Below, one piece after another: positions 22,901 to 35,885 of a stretch of 38,804 nucleotides of DNA. A program made the position numbers and the translations under genes. Each line of letters begins with the position of its first letter. Position 1 is the first letter of the stretch. Location of the stretch: positions 70,756,232-70,795,035 of the forward strand of contig NC_068983.1 of the NCBI RefSeq assembly GCF_001194135.2. Reading direction: 5' to 3'. The DNA is from Octopus bimaculoides. Taxonomy: Eukaryota. The notes below the pieces were generated by a model. The model was not told where the DNA came from, ran no database searches, and saw only the letters and a list, made by a program, of their open reading frames with translations.

Positions 22901-25900
22901 GTGTAAGTATGTGTGGTTTTATGTGTGCATGTGTTTTATATCTTGCTTCACAGGCGAAGGATGAATGCATGAGGGAGAAAACCAACAAAACTTTCCTTTC
23001 GAATTGAAATACCCAATGCGACATTTGCGTGGCTATGTTGTACCAAAAACCCTTGCCGTGAGCATATTATTGTTCTATTGCAAACTTTTAGCCGATGGTG
23101 TTAAAGTCTAATATAAATAAATATGTGTTTCTTAGCCGACAGAGGGCTAGATTACCCAACACCAATACCTAAGATTACGGTAGAGTATTGCTTGAGGGAG
23201 ATTCGTATTGAATTTATGATAGTGGCAGATTCTCTGCGAATAGCCCTAATGAAATGCAAAGATCTGTAAGGCTAATTAAAAGAAGAATAATTTCTGAAGA
23301 AAATCGGTGTATTTTGTCACACGTTAATTTCTATTGCAAAATAATTTCCCGTGTTAATTAGAGAAAATCGCAACAGAAGTTATCAAAAGAAGACAAGAAC
23401 CTAACAGTTTTTTTAAATTCTGGGTATGATTGCTTTCACTCTTTATCTTAATCAGAACAAATAACAATTATCCTATCCACTTCAACAGATCTCAGATAAC
23501 ATGAACATGGGGAATATAGGACGGGGAATATTGCTTTTATTTTTTTCCTCAATGAATTTACACAATCCCACATGTATTAGGTTCAATTAAGATTTCCAAT
23601 TAACTTGATGTTTGCATTCTTTTATGGGTCAGCTGCTCTCTTCATTTGAACAACGTCAATTCTTTACCAATAATTTTGCTGAATTCTTCTATCAATACCA
23701 TCAGCTAGTTATAATAACTTGCAGATAAAAATAACGCATCCACATACTCATCAGGTTGTAAGGAAAATATAGTAAGAAAGTATTAGCAACTTCTAAATAT
23801 CAGCTTTAATGTTGTTACTAGTTTACCAGGTCAAATCCGATTCAGTGGATCTATGATGAATTATCATATTTTGTTCAGTTATGGTGTAGTCTACGATGAA
23901 ATTACCTAGTTTGTGCCTCTGGGTTTCTCCGTCTCTATATTTATTTATTTTATAGATACATAGACACACTCAAACACACACACACACATACAGACACACA
24001 GGCACAGAGACACAGACACACACACTCACATTCATATATATACATATATATATATATATATATTCACTTATATGCCCACACCCATACTAATATATATAAA
24101 CATGATACAAGTGCACATTACAATGATGAAATCTTAAATATACATTACTTTTGATGAAGAATTTCAGAACTGCTCTATTCTAAATATGATGCATGGAACT
24201 AGACACACGATATGTAAATCACACTCAAATTTTTAGTATAGCATGGTCAAAATTAAAAGCTGCTTTACACACACATACACACAGACATAATAATCTTCTC
24301 GGAAAATTAATCTAGCTATAAAAAGAGACGCTTTGAGATGACCTATTACTAAATCATAAAGGTCAAGAATCTAGTTATGCCTTCCAGCAAATGCCAAAAC
24401 CAATGGAAGCAAGCATGCTCATGATAGAATAAAAATTGTAATATCTATGTTACCTACATAACATTTATCATATTGGCCTGTTATTGAATGCTCATCAACT
24501 TGTTGGACATGCCTTTGCAAAACAAGCACAAAGAAATTTACGTTAGGTAAATGCCAATGAAAGAAACATTACGTGGATGCTGACCATCAAGAAATTGCAG
24601 CTCAATTTCTCGTGTAACATGCTTCTGTTTAAAGAAAAAGACATGGATAGCATCATTTTAGAAACCACCAGAAAGTTATTCTGACTACGGCTTCATTGTC
24701 TTCCCTCATTGTCTGCTCAAAATATGTCTGTCCTAGGAAGAAACATAAATCCCCAAAACGTTAACTTATTAAGCTTTGTTATGAACAGAATCATATTAAT
24801 ATTATTGACTTTTGTAGGGATAAATACCAAATTCACCATAGATATTATCTGAACTCGAAATGCATTGGTAGAAAATAACTAAAGTATTTTTAGTTACCCT
24901 TACAACATTAATGTACGCTATCATATTTTAATCTTAATGCGTAAACAATTTCAAATATTGCCACTTGATAGCAGGTTCTGTGTTGGTTGTATTTCGCTAT
25001 AAGAAATTACCGTAAAATCAATTTTCATTTGACTACTAAAGTGTTTTAGGGCTTACTTATCTTTATTAAATGCAATACATGAGTAGAAAGCCATGGAAGT
25101 TTCAATTCCAAGAGAAGTCAACCATCTCATTTCATATCGTACCAATTATTTATGAACGTATTAATTTCTCAAAGATACACTAGATGAGAATAAGCAAGTG
25201 TATCAATGAGGACATTTCAAGATAGTCACACAACCTGCTGGAGACAAAAACAATCTGCCTGAAACCTGCTGTCTTCAAAAGAATAATATATTGTATAAGA
25301 TATATCGAGCCACACTATACCTGAAGAGTATGTGTTTGAAATGTATTTGATCATAGGTTTGTTCAGTCAAGTCCAACTTCTGCTTAAAGAGCAACTACAT
25401 CAATGAGATCTTCAGGGTTGAGTTAACGATTCAATTACGGGAAATTTAAAATATATTTCTATTTTTATATTATATTTTTCTATTCTAACAACATAGTCAC
25501 TGCCATCGAAATGACTTGTATAAAGTTTGGGTTAATTTCAATTTCTTTCATGAATATTCGAATCTTATATTTCAATGATATTAATAAATGCATTTGAACT
25601 TAAAATAGAATTATTCGTAAAGCGATATATTTTCCTCATCCAATTTCGTCAAACAATTTACAATAGTATATTGTAGCATATTATAAAGTTTTGATTTTGC
25701 AGAACTTTCAATATGGCCTAATTTACAGATTATATGATTATACATCTATCTAAATTTCTTAAAAACTGTTTAGGTAAAGACTCATAGTGTAGACTACTCC
25801 ACAATATCTAACTTCGTCAAAATATTATGCAAAGTTTTATAAGCTGCATATTACGAGATTATAAAAATATTAAGTAATAGTGACACATTACCAAATTTCG

Positions 25901-27479
25901 TTGGAAATGCGCTTGATATCAAATTATTCAGAGTAACATTTGATCAGTCAAAACAAATTGATGAATAGTTGAATTTTTTTCTTCCATTACCGAAGCGAAG
26001 CTTTTCTATCATTGAATGCACCAGTTTTTAAGCAAGTAGTTTCTCTATTTTTCATGTGTTATATCTACCTGTCACGTATTATTAATATCTTGTTTTATAA
26101 AGACTCTTCACATTTCTTTTAGGCTTCTCTTCATTGGAAAAATGACTACGAGTATTAAGCTCTAGCGACAGAAAGAAAATATCTAGACATATATATTTAA
26201 TTTAGAATCTGTATTGGTAAAATTTAATATTACCGCTTAGGCCACGGTAGGATCACATAAAACTCATGATGTATAGTTGGTGTCAAAATAAACATATTGT
26301 GTAAGCTGGTGATCAAATTCCTGACTTGTCATGTAATCTAGGTCACGCGTCTAGCTCTATTTGTTGTATAACAACAATGGTCAACTTATTCTTTATTTCC
26401 TCTCAATCAGATATCGCCCTCGGTCAGACCTTTTCTCTATCCTTTTTTCCTCCGTCTGTGAGTCTGTGTTTTTATACCTGGCTTTCTGGGTTTGAATTAA
26501 CCAACAGTCGCATCTCAGCTTCCTGCCATAAGACTCACACTTGTTATCAAATACACAAGTAACATTTACCTCTTGAAGAAGAAGCAATTTATTGCATATT
26601 GGCGTTTTGCTTCTTCTGTGTATTAAAATTTAGAGTCTATTTTATATTATTTTTATCTTGACATTAGCCATAATGTAACGTTTGCATCTATGTGTGCAAT
26701 CTAACTTTATAGGCAACCTGCAATCTCAATTACCGAATAAGGAAGCTTTTTGCTGAAGCACCATAGTGCTAAAACTGTTTGAAAAGTCAACTAATACAAG
26801 TGAAAGTGCATAATGTATATAATTCTTCATGACGATACAAACTTTTCTTTTTCAATTCTTTAAAACTGATGTATTGATATATGAAAGCTATTATTTTTCT
26901 TTTTGCACTTTGATAGATATATTTAATGTCCTTTCGTTGAAAGGTATGTGGTAACCCTGTTCTCTGCACAACCTTTCAATGTGTGTAATACTCAGGCTCA
27001 AATTCTGAAAACTGTTGCTTGCTGTATAACATGAACAAGGAGGGACTCTAAACAAACAATCTCAGTTCTGGAAAGAAAAATTAGTGTCCGATAAGTGCTT
27101 AGCCAAAATTTTAGTTATGGAACATACCGAAGAAGAAAAGTGTAGCCCTGTTTAGAAGTGGTGTGCTATTTTAGAGAAGATTAAGTTGCAGTAGCAGAAA
27201 AATTTCCGAAATAAACGTGTGAACCACTTATTTTGTAGGGTATTGTTAAATCTATAAATGAAATGATAATCATTTTCACTTTATTAAACTGCGATATTTG
27301 CGTGTTTCCTATATGCCTACATATGCATGTGCGCTTGTGTGTGTGTGTGTGTGTACTAACTCACTACATGTATATATTGGAAAAGATAATGGACGTAATT
27401 AGACGTATGAGGGGGGAAGCATTCTACCACGAGCTAACCACACCAACCCCGGAGAACAACTATGGAATCAGATTGAGAA

Positions 27480-28505
27480 AATACCCAAATACCCAAAATC
27501 AAGGACCACGAACCCTTCGAGGCAGACCTACTAGGCATCACTCCCAAGCTGAAATTCTGTAAGTCCTCTTCCTCCTTAGAACAGAAGCTCCGGGCAGATA
27601 TTAGATTGTTAAAAAAACTCAGATAGGTCCCTAATCTTCTCTGATTAGGCGAAAACCTTATATAGGATAGACATCCTAGATTACGATAGACTACTATAAA
27701 ATATCACACAGAATTGTAGGCGCGCTTCCCTGCACACATATAATGACATCAAGAGTGAAGCCAAAAGATTAGCTAACGAACAAGATATAGCTGGTATAGT
27801 AGAGATCCTAGCTAAAAGAAACGCTTTCATTACCATAAATATCATAAACCGAACTTTGCCTCAAACCCTAAATGCCGCCTGATCAATCCGGTCAAATCCG
27901 AGATCAGTCTGGCGAGTAAGCACATATTGTGAAATATCAATAAAGAAATAGGGAGGGTCACCAGGTGTTCCCTGTAGCGCAACACCAACGAAGTGACCGC
28001 TTGGTTTAACGCCAACATAGGAAGATATAGTTTGATACAGTCGACTTTTACCCGTCCATCTCAAAAGGACTACTGACCAAGGCGATTTCGTTCAATAAGG
28101 GCTTCCCTGACGTTAGCGAGAAAGATACAGAAGTCATTATGCATGCCAGAAAGACAGTGCTGTTCAACAAATGTTTGACATGGGTCAAGCAATCCGATCC
28201 TACGAGCTCCTTTGACGTAGCGACGGGTCCTTCGATATCGCTGACGATATACAACCTTCATCGGGTTGTATATCCTCGATACCCTTAAGAAAAAGCTCCC
28301 CTCCGTCCTCTTTGGCCTCAACAGAGATGACGCTCTGGCCATCTTTTAGGTGGGGGGCAAACGACATACACTAGAGAGGCTTAGGAAATGTCAAATCAGC
28401 ACGCTTGCCTCCATGGGATTGAAAATCACCAGAGACCAAACTCACAACCGCGGACTTCTTAGACGTCACGCTCGAGTTGGACTCCGGTACACACCGGCCC
28501 TACCG
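27480..28505 (+). pseudogene. Penelope-type reverse transcriptase, disrupted
   Basis: DFYPSI at 28043-28060 and the catalytic motif mutated to NRDD at 28320-28331; several stops and frameshifts. About 60 codons of the thumb/linker appear to be missing at the A-run near 28607-28619. Confidence 0.9.
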
Positions 28506-28789
28506 CAAACCAAACTAGCTGCCAGTGGATTGAGTAACCCCATTTCCTATATGCCTGAACCCACAACCGCAGAAGGAAGTTCCCCGCCTCTCGCTTCTCT
28601 CTTAGCAAAAAAAAAAAAGTAAGTAGATAATTCCTTAAATTAATAGATAAGCATTTCACTAGATCCCATACGTATGGACCCATTTTCAATAGACACAACG
28701 TTAGAATCTCATTTAGTTGTGCCCCTAATATTAAGAGCATCCACAGGAAAAGGCAGGATGTTCAGGACCGCAACTGATGCCCGGTGAGA

Positions 28790-29680
28790 GGCCACTGCGA
28801 AACCAAAGGGATCGTCTATGAAGCCGAATTACTAGCATACCCTAGCACCGGTAGAAGCAGTAGCAGCCGTAGATAGCTACGTCGCTACAATCTCCACAGT
28901 CAACAAGATAGCAACAATAACAATAACAGCACCTGCGACAGAATTGGCAGTTCCCTCCATGGCATCGACAGCAGTAACATCAACAGCAACATCGCCATCA
29001 GCAGCAGCATTACCAGCAGCTTTCTTAACGTCCACAATAACAGACGTGATAGCCCCTATAGCAGCAGCAACAGGTACAGTACCACAGCCAGAAATAACGG
29101 CAATAATAACAACAATGGCAACAGTAGGAGCAGCGACATTGGCGCTAGCAGAAACACCAGCGGAACCACAGCTAATGACACTTCTAGGAGCAATAGCAAC
29201 TCTCCCACCAATGAGGACCACAATAACAACGGTACCTTCACCATAACCAGCAGTGGCAATACTATTACCGATGCCACTACCACCACCTCCAGTGACGCGA
29301 ACTCCAGCAGTCCCAGCTCCAACAACATCGATGTTGGCGGCAACAACAAAAACAACAACAACACAAGCAGATACAGAGACAGCGCCAATAACAAACGCCC
29401 ACGGAGATACATTGGATGTTCCGGGAACTATAACAAGCAACGTCTCTCCAACCACAGGTACTCCCTCAGAGTTTAGGAAAGGAGATACGTAACATCACTG
29501 GCCAGCCACGTCTGGCAACTAAGAGACGATGGGATTCCAAACTCGATCTCATGGAAAATCCTCGAGAATCCAGGCCCCTACATCAAAAGGACGAAACGAT
29601 GCGAGTTATGCATAGCTGAACGCGCAAGAATCGTAAAGGACTCACTTGAACTAGGGAACATCCTTAACTCCAGAACGGAG
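28790..29680 (+). pseudogene. Penelope GIY-YIG endonuclease with a long in-frame Ser/Asn-rich insertion
   Basis: A single frame carries GIVY (28808-28819), 196 codons, YIGCSGNYNKQRLSNH (from 29408), TSLASHVWQLRD, ISWKIL, PYIKRTKRCELCIAE and NILNSRTE. Stops at 28874-28876 and one just after the YIG region. Confidence 0.9.
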
Positions 29681-29823
29681 GTTCCAGCTAGTTTTTGGGA
29701 GCCCACAAATATGCAGCACAACCGAAAGTCGATAGCGAAGGGAGATAATCACCAATTGTTACCTTTGAGTTGTGAGGCATTTCCTACTCCATATTTTTGA
29801 GAGGTCTTGAACCAACAAGTTTT

Positions 29824-29883
29824 GGAATCTGATGATACGCCATAAAGCTAAACCCTTTATGGACGGGAAACTTAAGGTAATCC
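29824..29883 (+). ncRNA. Type I hammerhead ribozyme motif at the Penelope 3' end
   Basis: GGAAT-CTGATGA-tacg-CCATAAAG-ctaaacc-CTTTATGG-acgg-GAAA-cttaag-GTA-ATCC: full core, 8-bp perfect stem II, self-complementary CTTAAG in stem III, bulged stem I. Confidence 0.65.
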
Positions 29884-29980
29884 TATAAACCGGCCTTTCC
29901 CGTTCTTAATATAATATATACTGCTCTACATCTTAGAATGTGCTCCTTCTTTCCGATTTATGTTTTTTTCAGACGATATA

Positions 29981-30011
<31 letters not shown>

Positions 30012-30394
30012 NNNNNNNNNNNNNNNNNNNNNNNNNNNNNNNNNNNNNNNNNNNNNNNNNNNNNNNNNNNNNNNNNNNNNNNNNNNNNNNNNNNNNNNNN
30101 NNNNNNNNNNNNNNNNNNNNNNNNNNNNNNNNNNNNNNNNNNNNNNNNNNNNNNNNNNNNNNNNNNNNNNNNNNNNNNNNNNNNNNNNNNNNNNNNNNNN
30201 NNNNNNNNNNNNNNNNNNNNNNNNNNNNNNNNNNNNNNNNNNNNNNNNNNNNNNNNNNNNNNNNNNNNNNNNNNNNNNNNNNNNNNNNNNNNNNNNNNNN
30301 NNNNNNNNNNNNNNNNNNNNNNNNNNNNNNNNNNNNNNNNNNNNNNNNNNNNNNNNNNNNNNNNNNNNNNNNNNNNNNNNNNNNNNNNNNNNNN
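30012..30394. other. Assembly gap (N) between (TA)n and (CA)n
   Basis: Run of N. Confidence 1.
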
Positions 30395-30463
<69 letters not shown>

Positions 30464-30711
30464 TGTAAGTGTGTGCATATCTGTTTTCAGTGTGTATGCT
30501 TATATAATATATCCAGTGTGTTCGTTGGATTAAATTTTTAGATTATGTTTTTCAGGTCCTAAGCCTGGGATATTTTTCAGACGATAATGCTCGATCAAAC
30601 ATACTCCGTGGAGATAAAGCATTCAAACTATTCTTCATATTTCACCGTGGTTCTCGTTTACAACTACACTAATATCTCTCTCTCTCTCTCTGTCTCCTCA
30701 CTTTCTCTTTA

Positions 30712-30826
30712 TACATACATTCAGACATACAGATTCACATACATACGTATATGCATACATACATACATACATACATACATACATACATACGTACATACAT
30801 ACATACATACATACATACATGCATAC
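30712..30826. repeat. (CATA)n microsatellite
   Basis: Direct reading. Confidence 0.95.
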
Positions 30827-32049
30827 ATAGACGCATATTACACAAACAAATTAAGATGAGTGGTGACGTAGGGAAAAGTGACAACACAACAAATAATATG
30901 AGAGAGAAAAATAGAAAGACGTGCTATTTTTCTCATATGCACACAGGTGTTCATTTTGTGTATTTGTGTGTACGTGTGTGAGTGTTTGTGTTTGTGCGTG
31001 TTTGTGTGTACTTGTGTGTCTGTGTATGTGTGTATATGTACCCACTTGCGTACGTGTATGCTTTTTGTGCCATACAGGAACTTGCTAACGTTTCTTTACG
31101 CTGATGTGACTCACAAATAATATAATCTCACTTTTTATCAGCATTCTTTAATTCTATACATCTATTGCTCTAAATGCATCCTCTTTTCCTTCTTTTTAAC
31201 CTTTCTGCGGCTCTCCGATTTCAATCATTCAGCTCGCCAACATAGTATGATTATCTATAAATAGTTTTAATTCACCAGCGAGATTCTTCTAGAATATTAT
31301 TCCCGTGAGGTTTGTTTCAGCTTTATTTCATGCGACCTTCGTGTAGTATATTAACTGACAGTAAACTAAAAATAATGTTAATGATAATAATATAATATAT
31401 ATTTTTTATAAGCAAATAAACATTCAACATGATTCCAATGTTAACATCAATCTTTCCAACATTTATGTAGACACATAAACACATAAACACAAATACGTAT
31501 TTATATACGCACACGCACATTGTCGAGAATATATGTATGTGTGTGTGTGTGTAAGTGTGTATATGTAAATCAATGTATACGAACATTTCCTCACACGCAT
31601 GCAGACATATCTATATGTATATAAATATATTAATATAGCCAATACCTAAATTAATACAGACCTGTAAGAGTTTCAGGATAGATTTTAAAGACACCGATCA
31701 GTTATTGTATAGTATAAGATCATCAATCTTCTATGAAGACATAGTGGGTCCTATGAATGTACAGGAAATACGAATTGTTTCTTATCGTGATCCATGATTT
31801 AATGTAGAGTTATATGGTGTGCAAAACTCTATTAAAATCCTTGTATTCCACTGTGATAGTTTCCCTTAGATTAACTCTTTTTCTAGACAAAAATGAAAAT
31901 TAGTAAAACGGTTTGTTAATGAGAAAAGTATTCCATTTTGAAAAATTCTGAGTGAAGTGAACAAGAATATCTGGGGTAATTGCAGTAACTTCTTCATCAT
32001 AAACCAAATGAGTAAAGAAGTATGTGGTAGATCGATATTAATCTGCTTT

Positions 32050-32220
32050 AAGGCTGCGAGCTGGCAGGATCGTTCGCATGTTCTGAATTTAAATTCCGCC
32101 GATGTAGACTTTACTTTTCATCGGTTTGAGGTCGGTAAAATAAGTACCAGCTGTGTACTCGAGTCGACGTAGTCAACTTATCCATAAAACTGCCGGCCTG
32201 ATGTCAAAAATTAAAAATCA
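32050..32220 (+). mobile_element. tRNA-derived SINE with an internal deletion
   Basis: ggctgcgagctggcaggatcgtt...gttctgaatttaaattccgccgatgtagacttt...aaataagtaccagctgtgtactcgagtcgac; same family as 21853-22297. Confidence 0.8.
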
Positions 32221-32235
32221 ATATTTATCTGCTTT

Positions 32236-32448
32236 AATGCGGCAAGAGTTGTTAGTAGGCCGGGCGAAATGCTTAGGCGGTATTTCCCTTCTCTTTACAT
32301 TCTGAGTACAAATTCTACCGAGGTTGACTTTGCCTTTCATCCTTTTAGGGTCGATAAAATAAGTACCAGTTGAGCACTGGATCGATATAATTGACTTACT
32401 CCATCTCCCGAAATTGCTGGCCTCGTGCCAAAATTTGAAACCAACATT
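32236..32448 (+). mobile_element. tRNA-derived SINE
   Basis: ccgggcgaaatgcttaggcggtatttc...gaggttgactttgcctttcatcc...gtcgataaaataagtaccagttgagcactgg...gctggcctcgtgccaaaatttgaaacc. Confidence 0.85.
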
Positions 32449-33555
32449 AATCTGCTTAATCTAATGTAAACAACTCTAAATATCTGCCAAATATTTTTGC
32501 AGATATTTGAGGAAATGGTAGTCATTTTTTTCTTTACAATATCGATCATATATACTTTGATAATTACCGTGATTGTTGATGCTGTTCAAGATTATTCTTA
32601 GTAATGCTTGAGTACAGCTTGAGTTTTAGATCCATTAAAGCGTCGTCTGCTCGTTTCAGGGATTCTCCATTTAATATTAGCTGTTACTTGATACTATTAT
32701 ATCGATGTTCTCTTTGTGTCTGGAGGATGAAGTTAGATTGAAATAACGCCTCTTAATTCTACCTTCACCATAGATATCTGTCGATTCATGAAGTTACCAT
32801 GCCAATTTATTTATATACATATAGAAATCTTCGTGAGCATGTTTGCTTATTCATACACGCACACACACATACATACATGCATGCATGCATACATACACAA
32901 ACTCATACACAAACATGCAAACACATGCACACGTACACACACGCAAACACACATACGCACACGTATATATATTCATTGACAGATGTGCATGTATAAAAAA
33001 ATACATATATTACATTATCATCATTAGCATTATTTTCAGTTTCTTGTCAATGTAGTGTTGCAGTTGTTTTAATTAATAGAACTGACATCTGCTTCATATA
33101 TTATCACCTCTCTATTGCATGACGTGAGAGGACTTGTATTGATGTTTCTGCTTGTATACGTATTCTCTATTAACTGAATTGTTAAATTCCCTCAAACTAA
33201 GGGGAAATACCCAGGTCAACCGAGAACTTATATTGGAGTCATGCTTGTTGTAAATCGCATGCTGACGTCACATACCAGCGACCCATTTCTACAGCCTCTA
33301 AATCCATATTAGTTCATGTAACTTTCTGGAAGTCACTGGTCTTTTATCATCTGGTTATTGGATTTTTAAAATTGTATCTTGAAGCTATTAGAAACGATAT
33401 TGAATACTTCGTACGTGACTATACGACTAAAAATATAAATATTACACTGCAACAAGAGCCAACACTCTATTTTTGTACATGTAGTTTTGTTATTTTATTT
33501 ACAGTTTACTATATATGTGTGTCTTTGTGTATGTGTCTATGTATTTATATGCATT

Positions 33556-33556
33556 A

Positions 33557-33609
<53 letters not shown>

Positions 33610-33730
33610 ATATATCTATCTATATCTATATCTATATATATATATATTTATGTGTGTGTGTGTGTGTATGTGTATGTGTGTGTGTGAATAGATGAATAGA
33701 TAAACAGATGATAGATAGATAACTAGATAG

Positions 33731-33812
<82 letters not shown>
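33556..33812. repeat. (TATC)n, (TA)n/(TG)n and (GATA)n microsatellites
   Basis: Direct reading; the TATC and GATA tracts are in opposite orientation. Confidence 0.95.
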
Positions 33813-35039
33813 TAACTAACCTATACAAGTAACGTTTTTAGAGTGTATAGTACTGTGTGAATTTTCTGGGTATTCATGTTAAAGAAGTCATAGAGTTGCA
33901 GGAATCTATGAACACATGTCCAAAGCAATAGCTCAATGTAAGGTCATGCAGAGCAGATTACTCCTTTGTTGGCCAGAAATAACTAATCGATAAAACAGAA
34001 CTTAATCTGTGAAACATAGACAGCTGATACAACAACGCAATAGGATCTTAATGATATTGCTGATAAGCTTGTCAAGTACAAACTATTCTTTATCTGAGAC
34101 AATCAATGGAAGTCCGTCGTAGAAAATGTGTTTCTTGCGCTACTTAATTGAAGCAAATCCTTCAAATAGCCAGTTAGTAAGTGAAGCCTAGAGGCCCTGA
34201 CGTAGCTTGAAAGAAAATAGATTTAAAAATTAACTGCGCAAATGTCTACAGGCTTGGTCCATTATGAGATGAACAATGGTTGCATAGTTAATTAATATTT
34301 CAGATGTTAATTATATTATAAAAAGAAATTATGTTGAACGTTATAAAATTAAATAAAAAAAAGTAGTCTCAAACCTACCGATAGTGTCATCAGAGATATG
34401 GAGATTAGTGACTCGATAAATATATTATGTTGAGCGAGAATAACAAAGGGGAAATATCAATTCCTGATGCTATGTCCAATATTTCATTGTATTTACAAAC
34501 TATGAGTTATACGTGTATTACACATTTATTTCGTAGTCAATTGATAGTCGAATGTAGCTGAATAAAATGTGTTCAGATTTTAATTCTATGCATTCAGCTA
34601 ATATAAATAATTAGTATTTGGAATTAAATTGTAGTTTTCTTTTGTTAGAAACAGAGATTTAAATTACCTAGAAAAATAATTTATTTCTAAATTAATGAGA
34701 AACAGTGAATTGAAAATTTAAAGATGAGAGAATTCCTGCTTCAAGCATTAGAAACATTTGTTCTTTTATATTACATAATGAGAGCTGCAGCTGCTTGAGT
34801 CTTCAGCATCTCGACAGCTTATATTAGAAGACGTTTAACAATAGCTATCCTAGCTTGTGTAAATAGATACTATGGTAAGGTGTAGTTTGTTTTCAATGTA
34901 ACTAATAGTAAGCACAGTATAGCTGCCGCGCATTTCGTTATCTAATAGTGATATGAGTTCGAATCAATATCTTGATTAATATTCAATATTAATTTTTCAC
35001 ACACGTATAATAATTCTTTTAATTTTGGAACAAGGATAA

Positions 35040-35216
35040 TTATTTTGAGCAGGAGAAGGCCTCTGTATTTGGCTGATACTTATTTTATCGAATGTGGAAG
35101 TACGAACGGGAAAGTCGACTTCGGCAGAAGTTGAACTCAAAACGTAGACAGAAAGAAGAAATGTTGCTAAGCAATTTCTACAACATGCAAACGAATCTAC
35201 CAGCACACCGCCTTTC
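35040..35216 (-). mobile_element. Degenerate tRNA-derived SINE (a further 3' fragment at about 35228-35300)
   Basis: tacttattttatcga...aaagtcgacttcggcagaagttgaactcaaaacgtag...gctaagc...accagcacaccgcctt matches the reverse complement of 32236-32448. Confidence 0.72.
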
Positions 35217-35771
35217 ACATATTTATGATGATTCTTTCTACTATAGGCACAAGGTTTGAAATTTGGCGGTGGGGGGAGTCGATTTTATCGACACCAGGAC
35301 GTATTCTTGACTACCCACCAGTTTAGAAGACGCTCAAACAAATCATGAATACTGCTCTTTCTCTTGCTAAACTAGTAGAATGACAGAATAAAAATATTCT
35401 CAAGAGAGAGTACAGAGAGTACAACAAGTAGATATATTTACAAACATCATTCGAACTAGGAATGGACTCACCACGACAAAACAAACAGTTTGCAATTCCG
35501 AATATATTCTGGGTGCTTACAACGCTGAGAACATTTCAGGTATCAGAGTAACTGCATGTTTACTCCTCTGCATAAGAGTTAGGTAATCCAAGTGAGTGCA
35601 ATTTTAGCTAATCATCTAAGTTATAATACGAAGACGATGAGAGTTATATATTACACGAAGAGATTAATATACTACACCAATTCGGAAAGCCAACGGTGAA
35701 CTTACTTTAGATCATTGTGAAAGCAAACTATTCAGGAGAGTGAAATGGAAAACGAAAGAGAGAAAACGAGA

Positions 35772-35811
35772 ACGTGTGTGTGTGTGTGTGTATTTTGTGT
35801 GTGTGTGTGTG

Positions 35812-35868
<57 letters not shown>

Positions 35869-35885
35869 TGTGTGTGTGTGTGTGT
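35772..35885. repeat. (TG)n microsatellite
   Basis: Direct reading. Confidence 0.96.

Larger units (their letters stand above)
27389..29900 (+). mobile_element. Penelope-like retroelement, 5'-truncated and decayed (RT, GIY-YIG and 3' hammerhead)
   Basis: Collinear Penelope motifs: IRRMRGEAFY, FEADLL, KRNAFITI.HKPNFASNPKCRLINP, DFYPSI, HARKTVLF, FDVATG, GLNRDD, DFLDVTL, RPYRKPN, FLKLIDKHF, RISFSCAPNIKSI, CPVRGHCETKGIVY, YIG, CELCIAE, NILNSRTE. Confidence 0.94.

Noticed and set aside
24560-24740. Two minus-strand acceptor-like sites followed by short open frames
   Set aside because: The implied intron is too short, there is an in-frame stop, and no product is recognisable.
25225-25350. Possible third Penelope fragment (CLQKNNILYK) and a CTGAAGA...GAAA motif
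   Set aside because: Too short and degenerate; no stem I or stem III pairing for a hammerhead.
28877-29492. Mucin-like Thr/Ala/Pro ORFs (28944-29246, 29253-29492) and Val/Ala- or Leu-rich antisense ORFs
   Set aside because: These are shadow frames of the triplet-rich insertion. The informative frame is the one joining GIVY to YIG.
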